Source: Promethearchaeota archaeon
GTDB taxonomy: Archaea; Asgardarchaeota; Lokiarchaeia; Sigyniarchaeales; SOKP01
Length of the DNA stretch: 47,353 nucleotides
Direction: 5' to 3'
Assembly: GCA_016839585.1 (NCBI GenBank)
Contig: JAEOTZ010000025.1
Coordinates: 1 to 47,353 of the forward strand
Shown here: positions 39,567 to 47,353 of the stretch, piece by piece
Numbering within the stretch: position 1 is the stretch's first letter
Layout: every line of letters starts with the position of its first letter
Program-made: the position numbers and the translations under genes
The notes under the pieces: generated by a model
Seen by the model: only the letters and a program-made list of their open reading frames with translations
Told to the model about the DNA's origin: nothing
Database searches by the model: none

Positions 39567-40223
39567 CTAAATTTCTAGAGCCTTAATAAGTTTTGGGATG
39601 TTTTCTCCAGTTATAGCACTAGTTTTTATGATGTTGAGATTTGGATTTATTTTTTTAGCATCGCTGACCATTTTTTCAATATTAACATCAATTACATCAA
39701 GTAAATCGATCTTATTGATTATAGCAATATCTGACATCTTAAATAGCATCGGATGTTTTTCGATTACCCATTCACCCTCGGTGATAGATACTATTACAAT
39801 CCTTTTTTCTGTTCCTAAAATAAAATCAGATGGACAGATCAAATTTCCAACGTTTTCAATAAATAAAATGTCAATTTCACTTAAATCATAGTGATTTATT
39901 ACTTGAGAGATATGATATGAATTTAAGGCACATTCTCTACCAGTATTAATTTGGATCGTTTTTACACCATACTGTTCAATCCTGTCGGCATCTATTCTTG
40001 TAGTAACATCACCATTTATAACTAAAACTTTATACTCATTTGAGATTCTTTCTACAATTGATTCTATAATTGCTGTTTTGCCTGCTCCGATAGCACCCAC
40101 AAAGTCAAACGCTCTTATATTTTTCTTTCTTAATAATTTACTATTTTGTGCAGCTAACCTATCGTTATTTTCAATTAAATCCTCATTTAACTCAATAATT
40201 TTAGAACTGTGCTCTTTAGACAT
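39567..40223 (-). CDS. hypB: Hydrogenase nickel-incorporation GTPase HypB
   Basis: GAIGAGKT, GDV...DA, NTGREC, ENVGNLICP, NKIDL. Confidence 0.96.
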   Translation of the reverse strand: MSKEHSSKIIELNEDLIENNDRLAAQNSKLLRKKNIRAFDFVGAIGAGKTAIIESIVERISNEYKVLVINGDVTTRIDADRIEQYGVKTIQINTGRECALNSYHISQVINHYDLSEIDILFIENVGNLICPSDFILGTEKRIVIVSITEGEWVIEKHPMLFKMSDIAIINKIDLLDVIDVNIEKMVSDAKKINPNLNIIKTSAITGENIPKLIKALEI

Positions 40224-40321
40224 TTTAAGAATTTGAAATATTTTGTTAAAAAAGATTATTGAAAATAAAGTAGATTCCTTGATAATTTTTACGGATTTTA
40301 ATTATCGACTGAGTTATAATT

Positions 40322-41275
40322 TTATATCCGTCCAAATTGATATTTATATATAATATAAGCGCCTAAAATTCCCCCTAATTCAGGTAAATATAATAACAGG
40401 TATATGGGGTTATAATAAAATAAAGCAAGTAATAACCCAGGTATTAGTCTTATTAATATTATCATTAATAAAAAAGATCTTCCTCTTATTCTAAGTGGAA
40501 TAAAAGTCATTAATGCTGTAATTTTTCTATTCATTATTGGAAAAATTGAATAGGAAATTAAACCATATATTCCTCCCCACGCAAATCCAAAATATTCCCA
40601 TATATAATAAATATCTAAAGGAGCATAATTTATTAATGCCAATCTTAATAAAACAAAGAATAATGCTGAAAATAAACAACATACAACATAAAGTTTTATT
40701 AAAAACTTCCACCCATGATTTAATTCAATGTTTCTAGCCATAAAGTATAAAAAAATTAGCATTATGAATAAAAAGAACAATCCAAAAAAATCTCTAGAAC
40801 TTACGAAAAGCGCTGTGAAAAAAGTATAATATGTATACTCATAGATAAGCCCTGGCAAACTAAAGAAGATATGTTGTGGTCCTCCACTAGATAAAAAAAC
40901 TAAACTGACAATCGAAAAAAGAATAATCATCGCAAATAATATTTTAGTGTAATTATATTGAGGAGCTCCTCTATACGATTCTCTATGACTTCTCATTGCT
41001 TGCCTTCTTTGTTTTTCTTGCCGTTTTAAGTATTTTTTTAATACTCTAGGACCTTTAGTTAAATATTCTTGAGTAGCAGGCTTTTTTACAGCAACATCTG
41101 GATAACGTTTCTTTGATTCTCTTGGAGTGGTTGGCACAACTGGAACATGTTTTAATTCAAAAGTGCATTGATGATTCTCTGGTAAACGATGTTTTTTACA
41201 AAAAGTTCCCCTACAATATTTGCAAGTAAATGGTAGATAACTAATCTGCTCCCCACAAAATTCACAATACGTCAC
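40322..41275 (-). CDS. AN1 zinc finger fused to a rhomboid-superfamily membrane domain lacking catalytic residues
   Basis: [28 protein letters not shown]; about 6 TM; FAWGGIYG and PELGG in place of GxSG and AHxGG. Confidence 0.75.
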   Translation of the reverse strand: MTYCEFCGEQISYLPFTCKYCRGTFCKKHRLPENHQCTFELKHVPVVPTTPRESKKRYPDVAVKKPATQEYLTKGPRVLKKYLKRQEKQRRQAMRSHRESYRGAPQYNYTKILFAMIILFSIVSLVFLSSGGPQHIFFSLPGLIYEYTYYTFFTALFVSSRDFFGLFFLFIMLIFLYFMARNIELNHGWKFLIKLYVVCCLFSALFFVLLRLALINYAPLDIYYIWEYFGFAWGGIYGLISYSIFPIMNRKITALMTFIPLRIRGRSFLLMIILIRLIPGLLLALFYYNPIYLLLYLPELGGILGAYIIYKYQFGRI

Positions 41276-41450
41276 TTTTATTCCCTATAATTATTCAAAA
41301 GGTTTTAATCGAAAATTTTGATTGAGTTGAATAAATTTTACAAAGTATACTATTTTAAAATTTTTATCATTCATAATTTTTTGCTTTCAAAATATATTTG
41401 AACCATTTTTATTGATTTATTTTGTTTAAAAACTTAATAAAATTACATTC

Positions 41451-42452
41451 TTATGGGATATAAGGATTAGTAGAAAGTGGTGCGTAAATATTCACATGTG
41501 TCACTATTAATAATATTAATAATGATGCGAATAAGATTAAAAATATTTTCTTATTCCATTTCCATATATTTTGTCCATCTAAAATTCCAATCGGAATCAT
41601 GTTAAACAAACCTAGCCAAAAATTTAAGTATGCAGCAACACCAATTAGATTATTTAATGGATATAAATCTCTTGGAATTATAAAAGATATCACTAGCAGT
41701 ATAGAACCATATACAAGATTAACAATAGGACCTGCTGCTTTGCATAGACCTGTTGTTCTATCTATTTTATCTAATCCCAGAACTACAACAGCTCCTGGAA
41801 GCGCTAAAGCTGGTAGGCCTATCACTCCACCTACCAATGACATTATGCCAGAAACTAGACCAAATAATGTAATTAGCATTCCAAAAGTTAACAATCTGAA
41901 TTTTGTTTGAAGACCAAAATGTATGGCTACTTGACGATGACCAAATTCATGAAAAAGAAAAGCAGTCATATAAAAGCTAGCTAACATAAATATTGTCCAT
42001 GTTAGATTTAAATCTATCAAGGCTCTGTCATAGAACGTGATTAAGCCTATGATAAAAATAAGCGACGCCCCAATTAATAGATGCAAAAATTCTGATTTAT
42101 GAGGAAATAGAATTCCCTTGAATTGAATACCTGAATCTGGATCAAAAGCATTTTCAGGAACAAGACTCTCTTGACGATACCATGTGTATGTCCCATCTGT
42201 TGTTCCACGCATTTCTCCTTGAGTTAAATGTTGCTGATACATATTTTGTTGTGTAGTTGATGATAGTTGAGAGCTATTGACATAAGAGGGAGTTGGTGGT
42301 TGAAATCTTTGTAAATTTAAATTCTCTTTTACAATATTACATTCATGATTTATAGGATCTCTATGCAAAGAGCAATAATTTTGACCACATTCACTGCATT
42401 GGAAAACTTCCCTTTCAAGGATTTCCTCTCCGCAATGGTAACAATTAGGCAT
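41451..42452 (-). CDS. AN1 zinc finger fused to M50 site-2 metalloprotease
   Basis: CYHC..CSECGQNYCSLHRDPINHEC; HEFGH, AAGP, FNMIPIGILDG. Confidence 0.92.
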   Translation of the reverse strand: MPNCYHCGEEILEREVFQCSECGQNYCSLHRDPINHECNIVKENLNLQRFQPPTPSYVNSSQLSSTTQQNMYQQHLTQGEMRGTTDGTYTWYRQESLVPENAFDPDSGIQFKGILFPHKSEFLHLLIGASLIFIIGLITFYDRALIDLNLTWTIFMLASFYMTAFLFHEFGHRQVAIHFGLQTKFRLLTFGMLITLFGLVSGIMSLVGGVIGLPALALPGAVVVLGLDKIDRTTGLCKAAGPIVNLVYGSILLVISFIIPRDLYPLNNLIGVAAYLNFWLGLFNMIPIGILDGQNIWKWNKKIFLILFASLLILLIVTHVNIYAPLSTNPYIP

Positions 42453-42662
42453 TAATTAAACCTCTTAAAATAGATACTTTTCAAATATTTAATAATTTAT
42501 AAAATAAAAAAAGTAATGATATAAAATTTTATTTAGAATCTTCTATCAAAAATTTTATTTTTAACTTTATTTTTCAAAACGAATAAATATAAAACTTTAT
42601 AAAATAAATTAATAAGATGAATAATGTAAATCATTTATACATTAATTATTTGAGTGCCTATA

Positions 42663-42818
42663 ATGAGTGAAGAAGAAATAGAACAAGATGAGGATTTAGA
42701 GGAAGAACGTAAAAAGTTAAAAGAATTAGGAGTAAATAGTACATGGAATATCTTAATATCAGGGGAAAAGAAAAAGAAAGAACCGAAAGAAAAACCTGAG
42801 TTTCGAGAATTTAAATAA
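42663..42818 (+). CDS. Small 51-aa charged protein (not in ORF track)
   Basis: MSEEEIEQDEDLEEERKKLKELGVNSTWNILISGEKKKKEPKEKPEFREFK; purine-rich coding-like composition within AT-rich spacer. Confidence 0.6.
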   Translation: MSEEEIEQDEDLEEERKKLKELGVNSTWNILISGEKKKKEPKEKPEFREFK

Positions 42819-42906
42819 TTTCCTTTAAGTGATCTATGAATAAACTTTAATTGTTAAAGAATATACTAATTTTACAATTAAATATGAATCGCAATATAAT
42901 AAAACA

Positions 42907-44481
42907 TTGTCCATTCCTGTCTCAATTCACCATGGACCATTCACTACGAATACTTTAGCTTCTAAGAAATTTTTAATTATCTATATTTTAATTATTTGGG
43001 GCTCAATAATACCTACAATATTAGAGTTTTATTTTTTTTGGAAATTAGTTGAGAAGAACTATTTTTTATTACTTTTACTGTTTCCAATTCAGATTTATTT
43101 AGGTTATATAATTTTAGTTTTGAGCTCCATTATATTGGCAAAAATCTTTCTAGTTATAATAAATCTCATTCATAAACCTAAGGAAGGTATCTTCGAAAGA
43201 AACAAAAGGAATAAAGATTACTACTTTTGGAGTTTAAGGGCCGTGGTAAAAAAATGGCCTATATGGGTCTCAAAATTCATCCCTTTACCATTTGTGGAAA
43301 AGCTTAATTACAAGTGGTTCGATAATGACTCGGAATTCATCGAATTAGGGAAAAATATTTTTATTGGTAAAGGGAGTTCCATTAAAGCCAGTGTAATTTT
43401 AGGAAATTATTTAATTATTAAGAAAGTAAAAATTAAAGATAATGTAATAGTTGGTTCAAATTCATTTATTACTCCAGGAACTCAAGTAGATAAGAATACA
43501 ATTATAGAAGCGATGTCTATAACAAAGTATAATCAAAAATTAGGACCAAATTCTTTCTATATTGACAATATTATTGAAAAATTAGAAAATAAATCAAAAA
43601 ACTTATATCAAAAATTAAGAAACTCATTTTTTAATAAAAACAACAATCAAAATGATGCCTTTAATCATAACCTCAAAAATATAGAGCCTTATGAAGGAAA
43701 ATTTGTAAAGAATTTTCATTACAACTTACTGATCATTGCCTTTATTTATTTTATTTCTTATTGTATTCCCACTTTCGGAATTATATATTATAATCTTAAG
43801 TTTTTTATTCCATATATTCTGCAAACACCTAATTTTATTCATATCTTTAGCTATTTCCCCTCATTACTTATTCTTCTAATCACCCCTTTAATATTTATTG
43901 TTCTACATATAATTAACTTATCAATTTTAATATTATTATCAAGACTCATATATAATTTAATTCAGCGTAAAACCCCAATAAAAGAAGGTGTTTATCACTG
44001 GAATAATAAAAATAAAGAGTATAATAATTATTTTATTCGTTCATTTTTGTTACGTTATGTTAAATGGAAATTACAAAGAAGTCCTTTTCCTTGGTTATTA
44101 AGATCAGGCTTTAATTTCATTGGTAATTGTAACTTTGGAAAAAATACAGTAATAGAGGATTCATATATTGCAAAAGAATTATTACATGTAGGTAACAATA
44201 CATATCTGGGAAGATGTTTAATTGAAAACCATCTGTGGGATAAATTTTTAACCATAAAAAGTATAAATATAAAAGATAATGTGGTCATATCAGATTGTTG
44301 CTGTATTGCTCCGGGATCTGAAATTGAAAATAATACATTCTTGCTTCCGTTATCAGTTACGGCCAAAAACGCTAAATTAAGTTCAAATTCTCTATATTCT
44401 GGAGCGCCGCTAAATAAACTTTCTAAAAATGAACTAATTAAAATAATGAATTTCAATATAGATAAATTAAAATTAAAATAA
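42907..44481 (+). CDS. Membrane protein with two (TM hairpin + left-handed beta-helix) units
   Basis: HKPKEGIF / TPIKEGVY after TM pairs; hexapeptide repeats KIKDNVIVGSNSFITPGT and NIKDNVVISDCCCIAPGS. Confidence 0.8.
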   Translation: MSIPVSIHHGPFTTNTLASKKFLIIYILIIWGSIIPTILEFYFFWKLVEKNYFLLLLLFPIQIYLGYIILVLSSIILAKIFLVIINLIHKPKEGIFERNKRNKDYYFWSLRAVVKKWPIWVSKFIPLPFVEKLNYKWFDNDSEFIELGKNIFIGKGSSIKASVILGNYLIIKKVKIKDNVIVGSNSFITPGTQVDKNTIIEAMSITKYNQKLGPNSFYIDNIIEKLENKSKNLYQKLRNSFFNKNNNQNDAFNHNLKNIEPYEGKFVKNFHYNLLIIAFIYFISYCIPTFGIIYYNLKFFIPYILQTPNFIHIFSYFPSLLILLITPLIFIVLHIINLSILILLSRLIYNLIQRKTPIKEGVYHWNNKNKEYNNYFIRSFLLRYVKWKLQRSPFPWLLRSGFNFIGNCNFGKNTVIEDSYIAKELLHVGNNTYLGRCLIENHLWDKFLTIKSINIKDNVVISDCCCIAPGSEIENNTFLLPLSVTAKNAKLSSNSLYSGAPLNKLSKNELIKIMNFNIDKLKLK

Positions 44482-44482
44482 A

Positions 44483-45274
44483 ATGAAACCAAATGAAAAT
44501 TTAATGGAAAATACAGATTATGATACAGGAATTAGGAGTATTATTGTAACAAACAATTCTTTAAACGAGAATTGGTTTTCTTGGATCTATATTATTTTGA
44601 TATGGCTTTCAGTTTTTCCTACAATTTTATTATTTCAATTTTTTTTTAATTTATTTTCAATTTGGTTCACTCCAATAGGAGTAATGTGCTTCTTACCAAT
44701 ATTAATTGTTCTTTATTTTGGACTTTTCTTAGTATTTCTTCTTTTTTTTTCCAAATTACTTTTAATTCTTATAAATTTAATCCACCGTCCAAGAGAGGGA
44801 ATTTTTAAAAGAAACTTTAGGGATAAAGACTATTTATTCTTTATTTTAAGAAAAACAATAAAAAAATTTGTTTTAAAGGCTTATAACTACTTTCCATTAC
44901 CTTGGGTAAAAATATTTGCTCTCAAAATCTGCAACATAAAAGTATCATATAATACAGGTTTATTAGATAGTTATATTGATTCAGATTTCGTGGAAATTGG
45001 TGAGAATACTATTTTAGGGGAAGGTTCTATCATTATGAGCTCAATGATTTTTGGTGATTTTCTTCTCCTAAAAAAGGTCATTCTAAAAGATGGTTGTACA
45101 ATTGGTGCATTTAGTGTTATCTCTCCAGGAACTATAGTAGGAGAAGGAGCTATTCTAGGAATGGGAAGCTATACACAAGTTAATCAATATCTTGAGCCAA
45201 AAATTATACACTTTGGAAGGCCAGCAAAAAAAAAGAAAAAGATTGACTATGATTTCAATCTCGACAAAAAATAA
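44483..45274 (+). CDS. Membrane protein with one (TM hairpin + left-handed beta-helix) unit
   Basis: HRPREGIF; IGENTILGEGS, LKDGCTIGAFSVISPGTIVGEGAILG, GRPAK. Confidence 0.85.
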   Translation: MKPNENLMENTDYDTGIRSIIVTNNSLNENWFSWIYIILIWLSVFPTILLFQFFFNLFSIWFTPIGVMCFLPILIVLYFGLFLVFLLFFSKLLLILINLIHRPREGIFKRNFRDKDYLFFILRKTIKKFVLKAYNYFPLPWVKIFALKICNIKVSYNTGLLDSYIDSDFVEIGENTILGEGSIIMSSMIFGDFLLLKKVILKDGCTIGAFSVISPGTIVGEGAILGMGSYTQVNQYLEPKIIHFGRPAKKKKKIDYDFNLDKK

Positions 45275-45322
45275 TTAAATTTTGATAAATATAATTTAAT
45301 ATTAAAAACTCAATTACAGTAG

Positions 45323-45550
45323 TTGATCAATACGGGGAAAAAAACTGTTTATTGTCCAACATGCGAGAGAGAAGTCGTATTACGGCGACCAAATTTTCAA
45401 CATATTTACCATGAAGTTTTATGCTTCCTCGTCATTCTAACCTTAGGCTTGGGCTTTATAGTTTACTTTATCTTAAAATACAGCAAAAAATCAAACACAT
45501 GTCCCAATTGCGAATCAGTTTTTGATTTAAAAAGCCTTCCTGTAAATTAG
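45323..45550 (+). CDS. LITAF-like Zn-ribbon membrane protein
   Basis: YCPTC, then a hydrophobic stretch of about 20 aa, then TCPNC. Confidence 0.7.
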   Translation: MINTGKKTVYCPTCEREVVLRRPNFQHIYHEVLCFLVILTLGLGFIVYFILKYSKKSNTCPNCESVFDLKSLPVN

Positions 45551-45564
45551 AAGAAAACTTTTTT

Positions 45565-45858
45565 TCAATTAAGTTTTTTAACTTTCATCACACCACTACA
45601 TCTCGGACATGTTTTATCCTTTTCCGTGAGTAGTTTTTTCATAATTGTTTTTTGATATTTACATTTTCTATTTGCACAAATGAGTTCAAATTTGGATAGC
45701 TTTTTTATTGTTCTTTCAACTGATTTCTGTGCATTTGTATCGTTCTTTTCTTTTTTGGGTTTAGAAACCTTCTGTAACGAGTTATCTTTATCTTCTTTTT
45801 CTCTCCTTTTAAGCTTATTTACCTCTTCCTCTGGTTTAAGCCATTTATCTAAACCCAA
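45565..45858 (-). CDS. Small Zn-ribbon protein
   Basis: CANRKC..CPRC; AAGGTGA upstream of the TTG start. Confidence 0.7.
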   Translation of the reverse strand: MGLDKWLKPEEEVNKLKRREKEDKDNSLQKVSKPKKEKNDTNAQKSVERTIKKLSKFELICANRKCKYQKTIMKKLLTEKDKTCPRCSGVMKVKKLN

Positions 45859-46021
45859 ATTTTTATCACCTTAATTCTATCTTATTTTTAAATTCGAATT
45901 AATTCTATTAATATATTTTTTTTATTAATTTTGAATATATCTTTATTCTAAACTCATAATATATTAACTAATAAAAATAGAATAGAAAAAAAAATAAAAA
46001 ATCTCTAATGATAAATCTATT

Positions 46022-47269
46022 TTAATATACTTGTTCCTTACCTTCTATCAGTCGCTTTCTTAATACTATTAATTTTTCTTTGCTCAGCATCTCTTCCGAA
46101 ACTTCTTTAGCAATTTTTTCAATGCTGCTAAAATTAACATTCTCTGCAGGGATTAAATTGATGGAATTAATCCATGGATCTGTAATTGGTCTTCCAATTT
46201 GAGAGAGTAATTTTACATGAACCTCAATGATATCTCCTTGCCCTCTTTTATGAATTTCTCTTGCCATATTAGTACTAAGGATATTATAAATCTTTCCAAC
46301 ATGATTAATCGGATTCTTGCCGCATACTGCTTCTAAACTCATCGGTCTACAAGGAGTTATTAAACCATTACTTCTATTTCCTCGTCCTACCTCCCCATCA
46401 TCACCTGACTCAGCACTAGTACCAGTTATAGTTAAGTAAATTAGGTTTTTCTCTAAAATATCAGCAACATTTACCTGGCAAGTAACTTCTCGTTCTGGAA
46501 TTATATCTGCTGCTAAATCTAAAACAGCATCCTTAATCTGATTAGTATAATTAACATATTCACCAAGGTCATTAATATATTTACTAATCATAGCTGCTGC
46601 TACTGTAATACCTATGTTATTGCCAACCCTTTCAGTCATAACCTTTATATCTTCACCAGAAGCTTTACATTTATCCTTAAATTTATCTGAATTAATTAAT
46701 CTTTCAGCTTCAAGAGTTACTCGCTCTAAATCTGAATAAGGGGCATATCCTACTCCAAAACTAGTATCATTTGCTAAGGGAACTTCTTCGGAATGATGAG
46801 ATTCATCAAATAAACCAGTTAAATCAGTAGAACCTGGTCGAATAGCTGTGTCAAATTGTATATCTTTATTTAAATCAAGATTGCGGAATATATTTCCCAT
46901 AACTTGACGCGAAGTTTCAAGGCAAATCGTTGCAATGGGGATATATTCTAACTTATGTTCTCCTGGAGCACATTCTATTAATATTTGATTAATAGCCCTT
47001 CCAACAATCAGAAAATATTGTGGTTGGATAATTAATCCTCCTCCAAACTCTGGTTTGGCGACTCCGCCTACCAATGCTGCTTTATCTACATTATGATGAT
47101 ATACACGATTGAAATTCTCCAAATAGTAACCACATAGCGATCTAGAGCATGCATCGGCTACAGCATCACAAACAGTATCAGGATGTCCGACTCCTTTTCT
47201 TTCAACGAGCTCTGGAAATTCAGAGCGTTCAACAGCGAACTTTGAGTCTAAATGTTCAATTTTTAACAT
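46022..47269 (-). CDS. mat: Archaeal-type S-adenosylmethionine synthetase
   Basis: [50 protein letters not shown]. Confidence 0.97.
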   Translation of the reverse strand: MLKIEHLDSKFAVERSEFPELVERKGVGHPDTVCDAVADACSRSLCGYYLENFNRVYHHNVDKAALVGGVAKPEFGGGLIIQPQYFLIVGRAINQILIECAPGEHKLEYIPIATICLETSRQVMGNIFRNLDLNKDIQFDTAIRPGSTDLTGLFDESHHSEEVPLANDTSFGVGYAPYSDLERVTLEAERLINSDKFKDKCKASGEDIKVMTERVGNNIGITVAAAMISKYINDLGEYVNYTNQIKDAVLDLAADIIPEREVTCQVNVADILEKNLIYLTITGTSAESGDDGEVGRGNRSNGLITPCRPMSLEAVCGKNPINHVGKIYNILSTNMAREIHKRGQGDIIEVHVKLLSQIGRPITDPWINSINLIPAENVNFSSIEKIAKEVSEEMLSKEKLIVLRKRLIEGKEQVY

Positions 47270-47353
47270 TTCATTTAACCATCTTCTTAATTAAATAAAT
47301 ATTTGGTTTAAGTATGTTTTTAAATTAATTATCAGTTAAAATCATTATTAAAC

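Noticed and set aside
45835-45858. N-terminal GLDKWL as a PCNA-binding PIP box
   Set aside because: Lacks the Gln and is too short to support

Overview
AT-rich archaeal DNA, most consistent with an Asgard archaeon of Lokiarchaeia type. This assignment rests on archaeal Cdc6/Orc1, CarS, archease/RtcB, pelota, Elf1, SmAP3 and archaeal-type SAM synthetase, plus longin-, BAR-, MAGE/KITE- and LITAF-like proteins. The housekeeping backbone contains three notable regions. (1) A candidate membrane/actin-regulatory module at 10.4-14.1 kb: an unannotated 50-aa WH2-like ORF, a BAR-like protein, and a coiled-coil/GPPPPP protein ending in a VASP/WASH-like motif. (2) A ~13 kb co-directional block at 16.8-29.6 kb, bracketed by two elf1 paralogs. 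It encodes unknown proteins, a tandem PC4-like/Zn-ribbon protein, an AAA+ ATPase, a short SMC-like ATPase, a PAPS-reductase/4Fe-4S protein flanked by two paralogous small ferredoxin-fold-like proteins, a MIG-type G:T glycosylase and an orphan C5 DNA methyltransferase. It is followed by a split, inverted Smr pseudogene and a degenerate-SMC plus KITE-like pair. (3) A decaying ~4.5 kb island between hypB and a diverged hypB 3' fragment. No rRNA, tRNA, CRISPR array, integrase or transposase was recognised. All family calls come from motif reading by eye; no searches were run.
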